This document shows positions 45,580 to 54,926 of a stretch of DNA of 61,757 nt, one piece after another. Made by a program: the position numbers and the translations under genes. The stretch comes from a virus. Taxonomy: Duplodnaviria; Caudoviricetes. The DNA is taken from IMG/VR virus record IMGVR_UViG_3300032289_001903, positions 1-61,757 of that record. One strand, given 5' to 3'. How positions within the stretch are numbered: position 1 is the stretch's first letter; each line of letters begins with the position of its first letter. The notes under the pieces are model-generated. The model did no database searches and was not told the DNA's origin. It saw nothing but the letters and a program-made list of their open reading frames with translations.

Positions 45580-47688
45580 ATGTCAGAAGTAATTCTATCT
45601 CCTGGTGTATTCCAGATTGAATCAGACCAAAGCTTATATACGCAAGGTCCACAAGTAGTGGGTGCCGCTATCGTAGGCCCTACAGTAGGCGGTCGTCCTT
45701 TAGTACCGACTTACGTTACTACTTATACACAATACCAATCATTATTTGGTGACGTATTTAAAAGTGGTAGCTACTATTATGAATACTTTACATCAATGGC
45801 TGCTAGGGAATATTTCCAAAATGGTGGTCAAACATTGTTAGTAACTAAAATCATTAGTGGTAGTGCAGCCGCATCAACATATGCTACATCAAATCTACCA
45901 TCAAATATTTTATCTACTACCTCATCTGTTACTTTTAGTAGTGCTAGTTTGATTCCATTTACATCTCCAACAGGTTCATTTATAGTAAATGGTATTACAA
46001 TTGCTATAACAGGTAGTACTCTACCAGCAAATACTTCAACAACAATATTTGTACCTACAGGATCAAGTTTTGCCGCAACATTAGGTAATATAACAGCATC
46101 ATTTAATGTTAGTGCTTCTTTAGCAACATATAGTGCATCTTTACAATATATAACGTCAGCTACATCTGGTTCTCCAGCAGCTGGTTTATTTTTCAATTCA
46201 ACAACAACTGCATCATATACAGCAGCTTCTTCATATTATCTAACTTCAGGAAGTACAACAACATTATTTTCTGGAGCTACAGCTGTTGATTCATTCCAAT
46301 TAGAAGTATTAAATTGGGGAACACAGATGAATAACACATCTAGTGCAGCAAACGGTGCCTTAGATAGTGGTTCAGCATTAAACGTACGTTGGGAAGTAAC
46401 TAACGTAGATACAGGAAGTGGTCAATTTACACTTGTAGTTCGTCGTGGTGATGATAATCAATCTCAAAAGAATATATTAGAAACATGGGCAAATATGAGT
46501 TTGGATCCTCAATTACCAAACTACGTAGCTCGTGTTATTGGTGATTTAAAACCAGCATATAATCCTACAACAGGTATAGTAGAATTCTTAGGTAATTATG
46601 GTAATAATTCAAGATACGTTCGTGTATCATCTATAACTACTCCAAACGTAGATTCAATTGATAATAGTGGATATTTTAAATCAGGTTCATACGGTCAAAC
46701 ATTACCAATAGTTGGTAGTGGTTCATATGGTGGATCATTTGCAGGTGGAGTTACAGATACTAATGCTATTAAACAAATGTTTGAAACTATAGGAACAGGT
46801 CAAACTATATCTACAGGACCAACAGGTAATATACAAGGATTCCAAGCATCAGATTATACTCCAGCATTTACTTTATTATCAAATCAAGACGATTATCAAT
46901 TTAATGTATTGATGGCACCAGGTGTTGGGTTGGATTGTTCAGCTGCTACAACTATGATTTCATGTGCAGAAGGTAGAGGTGATGCTATTGCAATTACAGA
47001 TGCTGGAGATTATGGAACTACAATCACACAAGCAACAGCTAACGCTGCTGGTCAATCAAGCAACTATGCAGCAACATATTATCCTTGGGTTCAATTATTC
47101 TCAAGTAATTTAGGTAAGACTGTATGGTGTCCTCCATCAACTGTAATCGGTGGTGTATTAGCATTCAACGATCAAGTAGGTGCTGAATGGTTCGCACCAG
47201 CAGGTTTAAATAGAGGTGGTATTCCATCAGTAGTACGTGCAGAACGTAGATTATCTCAAACAGATCGCGATACATTATATAGCAGAAATGTTAACCCATT
47301 AGCTACATTCCCAGGAACTGGAGTATGTGTTTGGGGTCAAAAGACATTACAACGTAAACCAACAGCTCTTGATAGAGTAAATGTTCGTCGTTTGTTGATT
47401 GCATTAAAAGGATTTATCGGTGGTGTTGCTCGTAATTTAGTATTTGAACAAAATACAACAGTAACTCGTAATAGATTCTTATCTCAAGTAAATCCATACT
47501 TATCATCAGTAGTACAACGTCAAGGTTTATATGCTTATAAAGTAGTAATGGACGATACAAACAATACACCTGAGGTAGTAGATCGTAACCAATTAGTAGG
47601 TCAGATTTATATTCAACCAACTAAAACTGCTGAATTTATTATCTTAAATTACAATATTCTTCCAACTGGCGCTACATTCCCTGCATAA
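45580..47688 (+). CDS. gp18: Tail sheath protein (T4 gp18-like)
   Basis: SPGV...E.D, YYPW, PPS, WFAPAGLNRG, VNP..TFPG.G...WGQKTL, DRVNVRRL, P.KTAEFI. Confidence 0.95.
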   Translation: MSEVILSPGVFQIESDQSLYTQGPQVVGAAIVGPTVGGRPLVPTYVTTYTQYQSLFGDVFKSGSYYYEYFTSMAAREYFQNGGQTLLVTKIISGSAAASTYATSNLPSNILSTTSSVTFSSASLIPFTSPTGSFIVNGITIAITGSTLPANTSTTIFVPTGSSFAATLGNITASFNVSASLATYSASLQYITSATSGSPAAGLFFNSTTTASYTAASSYYLTSGSTTTLFSGATAVDSFQLEVLNWGTQMNNTSSAANGALDSGSALNVRWEVTNVDTGSGQFTLVVRRGDDNQSQKNILETWANMSLDPQLPNYVARVIGDLKPAYNPTTGIVEFLGNYGNNSRYVRVSSITTPNVDSIDNSGYFKSGSYGQTLPIVGSGSYGGSFAGGVTDTNAIKQMFETIGTGQTISTGPTGNIQGFQASDYTPAFTLLSNQDDYQFNVLMAPGVGLDCSAATTMISCAEGRGDAIAITDAGDYGTTITQATANAAGQSSNYAATYYPWVQLFSSNLGKTVWCPPSTVIGGVLAFNDQVGAEWFAPAGLNRGGIPSVVRAERRLSQTDRDTLYSRNVNPLATFPGTGVCVWGQKTLQRKPTALDRVNVRRLLIALKGFIGGVARNLVFEQNTTVTRNRFLSQVNPYLSSVVQRQGLYAYKVVMDDTNNTPEVVDRNQLVGQIYIQPTKTAEFIILNYNILPTGATFPA

Positions 47689-47747
47689 GGGATTGTAGTT
47701 CCTAATATTTATTGATATAACAATAACAAAATAAAATACAACATAAA

Positions 47748-48236
47748 ATGGCAGTATTAGATCCAAATGAAATAATGTTTACAGCGTTCGAACCAAAGGT
47801 TCAAAATCGCTTTATCATGTATATAGATGGTATCCCAGCATACCTAATTAAGAAAGCAGCAGCTCCTGGTTTTGAAGCTAACGAAATAATTTTAGATCAT
47901 ATCAACGTTTACCGTAAAGTAAAAGGTAAGGTAAAATGGGATGATATATCTTTAGAATTATACGATCCAATCACTCCAAGTGGTGCTCAATCAGTAATGG
48001 AATGGGCTCGTTTAGCTCACGAATCAGTAACAGGTAGAGATGGTTATAGTGATTTCTATAAAAAAGATCTTACATTAAATATCTTAGGACCAGTTGGTGA
48101 TATCGTTGGTGAGTGGATTATTAAAGGTGCTTTTGTTAAGACAGCCAAATTTGGTGATTATGACTGGTCATCAGGAGATGCAGCAGTTACTTTAGCAGTA
48201 ACAGTTGCTATGGATTACTGCGTATTGAACTTCTAA
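47748..48236 (+). CDS. gp19: Tail tube protein (T4 gp19-like)
   Basis: EPK..NRF, GK.KW, EW, YKKD, W.IKGAF; follows the sheath. Confidence 0.9.
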   Translation: MAVLDPNEIMFTAFEPKVQNRFIMYIDGIPAYLIKKAAAPGFEANEIILDHINVYRKVKGKVKWDDISLELYDPITPSGAQSVMEWARLAHESVTGRDGYSDFYKKDLTLNILGPVGDIVGEWIIKGAFVKTAKFGDYDWSSGDAAVTLAVTVAMDYCVLNF

Positions 48237-48260
48237 GGAAAAACCACAATTATAAAAAGA

Positions 48261-48290
48261 AGCGTTTGCCTATTTGGCAAGCGCTTTTTT
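48261..48290 (+). terminator. Intrinsic terminator after tube
   Basis: AGCGTTTGCC-TATTT-GGCAAGCGCT then a T run. Confidence 0.8.
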
Positions 48291-48325
48291 CTTGCATATA
48301 TTTATATACGCAACAAAAATAAAAT

Positions 48326-49090
48326 ATGTTTATGGCAGAATTAAAGTTACCAACAGAAATCGTTACATTACCATCAAAAGGTTTATTGTATCCAAAAGAA
48401 TCACCACTTTCTAAAGGTGAAATTGAAATGAAATATATGACGGCTAGAGAGGAAGATATCCTTACTAACCAAAATTACATTCGTCAAGGCACAGTAATTG
48501 ATAAATTATTACAATCATTAATTGTAACTCCTATTAATTATGATGACTTATTAATTGGAGATAAAAATGCAATATTAATTGCAGCGCGTATTTTAGGATA
48601 TGGAGCTGATTATTCATTTAAATATACTAATGAACGTGGACAAGAAGTAGAAACATCCGTTGATTTATCATCATTAAAGGAAAAAACAATAGATGAAACA
48701 TTGTTAGAAAAAGGTGTAAATGAATTTACATTTGATTTACCTAAATCAGGTAATGTAGTAACATTTAAATTGTTAACACATGGTGATGAAAAGAAAATTG
48801 AGCAAGAAATAAAAGGATTGCAAAAAATAAACCCAAATACTACTACAGATATTACTACAAGAATGAAATATACTATTACTTCAATTAATAGTAATCGTGA
48901 ACAAAAATCAATACGTGAATTTGTAGATACATACTTACTAGCACCAGATTCTAGAGCATTACGTGAATATTATAATAAAGTACAACCAGATATTGAATTA
49001 AAATTCATCCCTGAAGATGAAAATTATACAGGGGAGGGTATAAATATTCCAATTTCACTTAACTTTTTTTGGCCTGACGCCGGAGTATAG
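48326..49090 (+). CDS. Tail/baseplate hub assembly chaperone (T4 gp26-like)
   Basis: LPSKG..Y, MTAREEDIL, L..GD.NAIL.AARI..YG, ends NFFWP; between tube and tape measure. Confidence 0.75.
   Translation: MFMAELKLPTEIVTLPSKGLLYPKESPLSKGEIEMKYMTAREEDILTNQNYIRQGTVIDKLLQSLIVTPINYDDLLIGDKNAILIAARILGYGADYSFKYTNERGQEVETSVDLSSLKEKTIDETLLEKGVNEFTFDLPKSGNVVTFKLLTHGDEKKIEQEIKGLQKINPNTTTDITTRMKYTITSINSNREQKSIREFVDTYLLAPDSRALREYYNKVQPDIELKFIPEDENYTGEGINIPISLNFFWPDAGV
49064..49070 (+). other. Putative programmed +1 (or -2) frameshift site, T7 run
   Basis: AAC TTT TTT TGG; the +1 frame is open from 49044 to 49343. Confidence 0.55.
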
Positions 49091-49343
49091 ACCATATCTA
49101 TTCAAACAAATACATGAAATAGTGTTTCATGGAAGTGGTGGATATGATTGGGATACTGTTTATAATATGCCATTATGGTTACGTAGAACTACGTTTAATT
49201 TATTAAGAGAGCATTATGAAAAACAGAATGAAGAAGCAGAAAAGCAACAAAAAATGTTATCAAATAATAAAACAAGTAAAGATATATCACGCCCAAATAT
49301 AGCTCCATCTCCAACTTATACTGCAAAGGCGCCTAGAAAATAG
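49065..49343 (+). CDS. Chaperone C-terminal extension (gp51/GT-like), probably made by frameshift
   Basis: FFGLTPEYRPYLFKQIHEIVFHGSGGYDWDTVYNMPLWLR...; the only 5' start is GTG 49122. Confidence 0.6.
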   Translation, partial: FFGLTPEYRPYLFKQIHEIVFHGSGGYDWDTVYNMPLWLRRTTFNLLREHYEKQNEEAEKQQKMLSNNKTSKDISRPNIAPSPTYTAKAPRK

Positions 49344-49351
49344 GCGCTTTT
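49328..49351 (+). terminator. Putative terminator
   Basis: GCGCCTA-GAAAA-TAGGCGC-TTTT. Confidence 0.6.
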
Positions 49352-49381
49352 AATATTTATACATATAATACTGTATTACTT

Positions 49382-52078
49382 ATGGCAACACCTCCAAATC
49401 AAGCAACCCAGGCAGACATTCAAAATAGTGAAAAACTATTAGATTTGTCCAACCAGTTAATTGATTCTATTAATGAACGTAGAAAATTATTAAAGGGAAT
49501 TAATGCAGAGGAACAGCTATATTTTTCAACTGTTAAGCAACAACAAAAATTATCTCAGGATATTGCAGCAAATGCTGAAAAATATTTAGGCTATCAGATT
49601 AAATCAAAAGATTTAAGTAAGCAAATTAAAGCAACTGAAGATAATAAATCTAAAACAGCACAAGCCTTTGCAAAAATTCAAGGTAATATTACAAAAAATT
49701 ACCAAGATGCTTTAAAAGCAAATACTCAGTTACTTCAACAAATTGATAAGGAAAATAAATTAAATACTTCTCTTTCAAATGAATTAGATAGAAGAGTAAG
49801 AATATATAATGATTTAAAAACACGAAAAGAGCAAGGAGAGAAAATATCAGCTAGAGACTTAAGATTAGCTTATTTGGCACAAAAAAATCTTATTGAAGAA
49901 GTAAAAACCTCAGACCGTCTTTTAAAAACTCTTGAAAAACAACAACAAGAACAAGAAGATAAAGCTAGAACGGCAGCTGAAATTCTTAAAAATGGTCAAG
50001 AATCATTAAAAGCTCAACAAGAAGAATTAGCATTTCTTGAGCGAAATTTATATGTTCGAAAACAAATAGAAAAATCTACCGGTTTATTAGGAGGATTAGC
50101 TAAAGCTGCTTCTAAAATACCAGGTATAGGCCAATATCTTAATGCTGATGAAGCCGTTGATGAAATGGAAAAATTAGCAGCTAAAATGGAAGAATCAGGA
50201 CAAAGTGCAACTAGCTTTGGCAACAGATTAGAAATAGGACTTAAGGGACTATCAGTATTAGGTAAAGGATTGGTAGAAAATTTAAAATCTCCTGAAGCTA
50301 TATTTACCTTTATTATATCTCAAGCATTAAAAGCTAACGCTCAATCCGTTGCTTTAGGGAAATCATTAGGATTTGGAGCTGATAAAGCAAATAAATTTAG
50401 AGAAAATTTAGCTGACATAGCTAGATCTTCTACTAATGTAAATGTTACAGCAGAAAGTTTAGTTGAATCTTTTAATGAATTATCATCCACAACAGGATTT
50501 GTAGCAAATTACTCAGCCGATACTTTAGAAACTCAGGTAATGTTAACTAAACAGTTAGGATTATCTGGAGAAGAAGCAGCTCATATTTACGAAATGTCTG
50601 TTTTAACTGGAAAGTCATCCAGTAAAGTAAATGATGAAATGTTAGGAGCATTTGTCAATACTAGAAACGCAGCAAAAGTAGGAGTTAATTTTAAACAAGT
50701 AATGGCTGAAGCTTCTAAAGTATCAGGACAATTACAAGCAAATTTTGCTGGAAACCCAGCTAAAATAACAGCAGCTATTGTTAAAGCAAAAGCATTAGGT
50801 ACAACATTAGAACAAACTAAAGATCAAGGTGCTAAATTACTTGATTTTGCTTCATCATTAGAAAGTGAATTAAAAGCAGAATTATTAACAGGTAAACAAT
50901 TAAATCTTGAAAGAGCAAGAGCAGCAGCATTATCAGGTGATCAAGTAGCATTAGCTGAAGAATTAAATAAAAATGTTGGTACATATGAGGATTTCTCTAA
51001 AATGAATGTACTTCAACAACAATCATTAGCTGAAGCAGTAGGTTTAACAGCAGATCAATTAGCTGAACAACTTAAAAAACAAAAATTAGCACAAGAAAGC
51101 GGTAAATCATTAGCTGAAATTACTAAAGATGAAGCGGCAGAAGCAGAAAAACGACAATCTGTACAAGATAAATTTAACGCTGCTATATTAAAATTACAAG
51201 ATTTCTTTGGTAATTTAATAGCAGGACCTGTAGGACAATTATTAGAAGTATTTTCAAATATAGTAGGTATTATAACAGGTACTTTACAACCAGTATTAGC
51301 GGCAGTATTTACACCTATTAAGTGGGCTACTGATATGTTAGCTAAAATGGGAAGTTATTTAAAATATATTTTAGGAATATATATTGCTATTAAAGGAATA
51401 CAATTAGGAATTAATATAGCTAAACAAGTTCAATTTGGTCTTGATGCTGCTAGTTTAATGCAAGAAGAAGGTAGTTTAGGTTTTAAAACAGCATCAGCAT
51501 TAGTAGAAAATGAAACATTAGCTACAAAAATAGCAACATATACTGTAACAGGAGCTATATTAGCTTATGAAAAGGCTAAACAAGTTATATTAGGTATTCA
51601 AAAAGGTTATGAAGCTATAATGTTATCAATTAAACAACGATCATTATTAATGACTATAAGAGAAGCTTGGAAAAGTATAGCAGGAGCAGCTATGTCTGCT
51701 TATGAATCCGCTGCTAAAATACCTGTCATTGGTTGGGCTATTGGATTAGCAGCCGCTGGTGGAGCAATAGCTTTAGGGGCCTCATTGATGTCTAAAGGTA
51801 ATGACGTTGTATCTCCAGGATATGGTAAACGTACATTAATGGCTCCAGAAGGAGCTATAGCTTTAAATGATAAAGATACAGTAATTGCTGGTACAGATTT
51901 AGGTGGAGGAAAAGGTAACGGAGGACCAGCAGTATCAATTGATTTATCACCAATGATAAATGCTATAAACGCTACAACAGCAGCTATTAATAAATTATAT
52001 ACTAAAGATTCATCAATTCATATGGATGGTAAGAAAGTAGGTACAACATTATCACAAGGTTCACATAAAGTTGCATAA
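49382..52078 (+). CDS. Tape measure protein
   Basis: 898 aa, Ala/Leu/Gln-rich helical with hydrophobic C-terminal segments; canonical position. Confidence 0.8.
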   Translation: MATPPNQATQADIQNSEKLLDLSNQLIDSINERRKLLKGINAEEQLYFSTVKQQQKLSQDIAANAEKYLGYQIKSKDLSKQIKATEDNKSKTAQAFAKIQGNITKNYQDALKANTQLLQQIDKENKLNTSLSNELDRRVRIYNDLKTRKEQGEKISARDLRLAYLAQKNLIEEVKTSDRLLKTLEKQQQEQEDKARTAAEILKNGQESLKAQQEELAFLERNLYVRKQIEKSTGLLGGLAKAASKIPGIGQYLNADEAVDEMEKLAAKMEESGQSATSFGNRLEIGLKGLSVLGKGLVENLKSPEAIFTFIISQALKANAQSVALGKSLGFGADKANKFRENLADIARSSTNVNVTAESLVESFNELSSTTGFVANYSADTLETQVMLTKQLGLSGEEAAHIYEMSVLTGKSSSKVNDEMLGAFVNTRNAAKVGVNFKQVMAEASKVSGQLQANFAGNPAKITAAIVKAKALGTTLEQTKDQGAKLLDFASSLESELKAELLTGKQLNLERARAAALSGDQVALAEELNKNVGTYEDFSKMNVLQQQSLAEAVGLTADQLAEQLKKQKLAQESGKSLAEITKDEAAEAEKRQSVQDKFNAAILKLQDFFGNLIAGPVGQLLEVFSNIVGIITGTLQPVLAAVFTPIKWATDMLAKMGSYLKYILGIYIAIKGIQLGINIAKQVQFGLDAASLMQEEGSLGFKTASALVENETLATKIATYTVTGAILAYEKAKQVILGIQKGYEAIMLSIKQRSLLMTIREAWKSIAGAAMSAYESAAKIPVIGWAIGLAAAGGAIALGASLMSKGNDVVSPGYGKRTLMAPEGAIALNDKDTVIAGTDLGGGKGNGGPAVSIDLSPMINAINATTAAINKLYTKDSSIHMDGKKVGTTLSQGSHKVA

Positions 52079-52117
52079 AATATTAATATTTATACCAAAC
52101 AATTAAAATAACATAAC

Positions 52118-52480
52118 ATGGCATCAGTACTCGATCAATTATCAACTAGCACATTAAGCTTGCAGGGTAATGGACTAAATCCAAATCCACAATCACCATC
52201 TTGGGGATATGTAGATTCAACAAATCAATTAGATCCTGCATTAAGTAATTTACAAAATACATACTCTGTAGATGGTAATCCTAATGAACGTATTGTAGAT
52301 TTCAATAGGGCCGCATTAGGAGGAGTTACAACAATTACCTCTCCATCTTCTCTTGATGAATTAGACCCTTCAGCACCTAGAAATACAGAAGCAGGAACAG
52401 GTGGTGTTGTATCTCAAATTTACAAATCAGCTCAAGGTCGCAGATATAAAGATTTAGGCCCTCAACCAGGAAGATATTAA
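52118..52480 (+). CDS. Hypothetical baseplate-region protein
   Basis: 120 aa ORF with ATATTTAT upstream. Confidence 0.45.
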   Translation: MASVLDQLSTSTLSLQGNGLNPNPQSPSWGYVDSTNQLDPALSNLQNTYSVDGNPNERIVDFNRAALGGVTTITSPSSLDELDPSAPRNTEAGTGGVVSQIYKSAQGRRYKDLGPQPGRY

Positions 52481-52489
52481 TATTAATAC

Positions 52490-54604
52490 ATGCCAGGATT
52501 ACTAACATTAAAAACTGACTTAAAATCACTTAAGTACGGACAGGATCAGCCTGGTGGTGGTAGTAGTGGTCAACCTTATATTAAAACCGATATTAATACA
52601 GTTGATAGTGGGATTAATAAATTACGTTTTACTAAATTTGATGATGGTTTAATTAGAGGTGGTACTGTAGGAGCAATAGGAGCATCAGTAGTAGATACTC
52701 TTCGTATTGGAAAATTCTTAACCGATTTTCCAAAGGGTCCTTTATTTATTACAAAACAAATTGGACTTCAATTATCAAATCCTCGTTTAGAATCTAAAGA
52801 ATTAGGAACAAATCAAGCAACTAGCGGACAGGGTTTTTTTAATAATGTAAGTAATCTTGTATCTAAGATAGCCAATAGAATTGAAAATGCAGTAGGTCCT
52901 ACTCGTATTTATAATTTAGGTATTAATACATTAGCACAAGTACCAATTAATGCAATTGGTGGTCATATTGTAAGACATGGATTTTTACCTATTGAGGATG
53001 AAAGTAAATATTATTTTAATGTAGTTAGAGATAATAATTTTGTAAATAATAATAATAGATTAGTAAGATACTCTAAAGAATTAATAGGAAATTCAAATGA
53101 TATTGATAGCTACTTAGGAGGCCCAAGTTCAGTTTATGGTATAGGAAATACTACTATTAGACGTCGTGGAGATTACATTTGGTTAAATCAAGATACTACT
53201 GCTAATAAATTTGCAACAACTGAATCTTTCATACTTAGTAATGATCTAGCAGGTAAAACTAGAGGTGATAATGGTAATATTGAACCTGTACAAATGGAGT
53301 ATAGATTTAAAGGAGCTTCTAATTTTTCCTCTTCGATTTATGCTTCTGGTTCTTTTCCGGCTTTAGGAGATCCTATTGGATTAGATGATAGAAATGCTGT
53401 TTCTAATATTAATGAAGATAAAACAGGTATATATCATTGGAACAAAAATTCACCTGTAGAAAGTATTAAAATAAAAGATACTATTGATTATAACCTATCA
53501 GAAAAAACAGGATCAATATTTTCTGATTCTGATTTCCCTACATTACCAACTTTAATTAATAATAATACACCATTTTTTTTCAACCCAGCAACAAGTGCTG
53601 ATAAAAATTTAAAACAATTTACATCAAGATTAGGGAATAATGATTTACCTGAATTAAAAAATATAAACGATACTGTTTCAGGTTCAGGCCCATCTAGTTA
53701 TCCTGGAACAAATGCCAATTCTGTACAAAATAAAGATGGAGTACTATCTTTACCAGCATTAGTTTATAATTATCCAAATCCAGCATTAAAAAAATATAGT
53801 GAAATAAAACAACAAGTAGATAGAAAAAATGTTGTTAAACAAACTAATTTTAAAACAACTCCTGTTTTTAATAATAGAGATAGTAAAATTTTTAAATACA
53901 ATACAGGGGCTAAAATTACTTTTAATAGGGTAAATGATAGACAATTAGATAAAGATGAAATTAAAGTAATTTTCTCTCCAATACAACCATTTACAGGTAA
54001 AGAATCACCAATTCAATTCTTAGCATATATAACAAATTATAGTGAAGATTATAATAGTGATTGGGGTGATGTAAAATATGTAGGTAGAGCTGAATCATTT
54101 TACATATTTAAAGGATTTAAAAAAACTGTATCACTTGGCTTTCATGTACCTTGTTTCAAGTCAGCTGAATTAACAGAAAATCATGCTAAATTATTTAAAT
54201 TAGGTGGTAAAAGTTTAGCGTATGCTTTAGCAGGACAATATAACGAAGATAGCCTTTTAGGTGGTGTTATTATTAAATTAACAGTAGGAAATTATTTAGT
54301 TAATAGTCCTGGAATAATAACAAGTTTAAAATTTGATATTGTAGATGGTTCATCGTGGGACTTAAATAAAAAATATGCTCATATACTAAAAATTGACATT
54401 GGATTTACAGTTATTGGTGATGAATTACCTATATATGAATCAACAACATTTACTGCACCACCACCAGGAGATCCTCCTAAAGAAGCAGATGATGACCCAG
54501 CACCACCAGAAGAGATTGATTTCGATTTTCAATTACCACCACCAGTAAGAGATAATACTAATAATGTATTTGGTACAGGACAAGGACCTGGTGGGGGATT
54601 TTAA
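52490..54604 (+). CDS. Baseplate/tube-initiator-like protein
   Basis: C-terminal W..VKYVGRAE.FY..KGF.K.VSL.F...KLTVGNYL...PG.I.SL domain; synteny. Confidence 0.55.
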   Translation: MPGLLTLKTDLKSLKYGQDQPGGGSSGQPYIKTDINTVDSGINKLRFTKFDDGLIRGGTVGAIGASVVDTLRIGKFLTDFPKGPLFITKQIGLQLSNPRLESKELGTNQATSGQGFFNNVSNLVSKIANRIENAVGPTRIYNLGINTLAQVPINAIGGHIVRHGFLPIEDESKYYFNVVRDNNFVNNNNRLVRYSKELIGNSNDIDSYLGGPSSVYGIGNTTIRRRGDYIWLNQDTTANKFATTESFILSNDLAGKTRGDNGNIEPVQMEYRFKGASNFSSSIYASGSFPALGDPIGLDDRNAVSNINEDKTGIYHWNKNSPVESIKIKDTIDYNLSEKTGSIFSDSDFPTLPTLINNNTPFFFNPATSADKNLKQFTSRLGNNDLPELKNINDTVSGSGPSSYPGTNANSVQNKDGVLSLPALVYNYPNPALKKYSEIKQQVDRKNVVKQTNFKTTPVFNNRDSKIFKYNTGAKITFNRVNDRQLDKDEIKVIFSPIQPFTGKESPIQFLAYITNYSEDYNSDWGDVKYVGRAESFYIFKGFKKTVSLGFHVPCFKSAELTENHAKLFKLGGKSLAYALAGQYNEDSLLGGVIIKLTVGNYLVNSPGIITSLKFDIVDGSSWDLNKKYAHILKIDIGFTVIGDELPIYESTTFTAPPPGDPPKEADDDPAPPEEIDFDFQLPPPVRDNTNNVFGTGQGPGGGF

Positions 54605-54615
54605 AACAATAAAAT

Positions 54616-54921
54616 ATGGACCGTTATAATTCAAAAGATACATCAAAGACAGCTCAAGGTAAACCCTACTATAAAAGTAGATTTTATCCTAATGTACCTT
54701 TATCCTCAGATGATATATATGTTATTACAACTGTAGGAGATAGACTTGATTACTTATCATATACTTATTATAATGATAGTACCTTATGGTGGATTATATC
54801 TATGGCGAATAATAACATAACAAAAGGTTCATTATTCCCAACACCCGGTACACAATTAAGAATACCACAAAATATAAGTAGTATTATAAATCAATTTAAT
54901 AATTTTAATAAAGAAAGATAA
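54616..54921 (+). CDS. LysM-like baseplate protein (gp53/tail X-like)
   Basis: GDRLDYLSYTYYNDSTLWWII..AN...PGTQLRIP. Confidence 0.8.
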   Translation: MDRYNSKDTSKTAQGKPYYKSRFYPNVPLSSDDIYVITTVGDRLDYLSYTYYNDSTLWWIISMANNNITKGSLFPTPGTQLRIPQNISSIINQFNNFNKER

Positions 54922-54926
54922 ATGTT

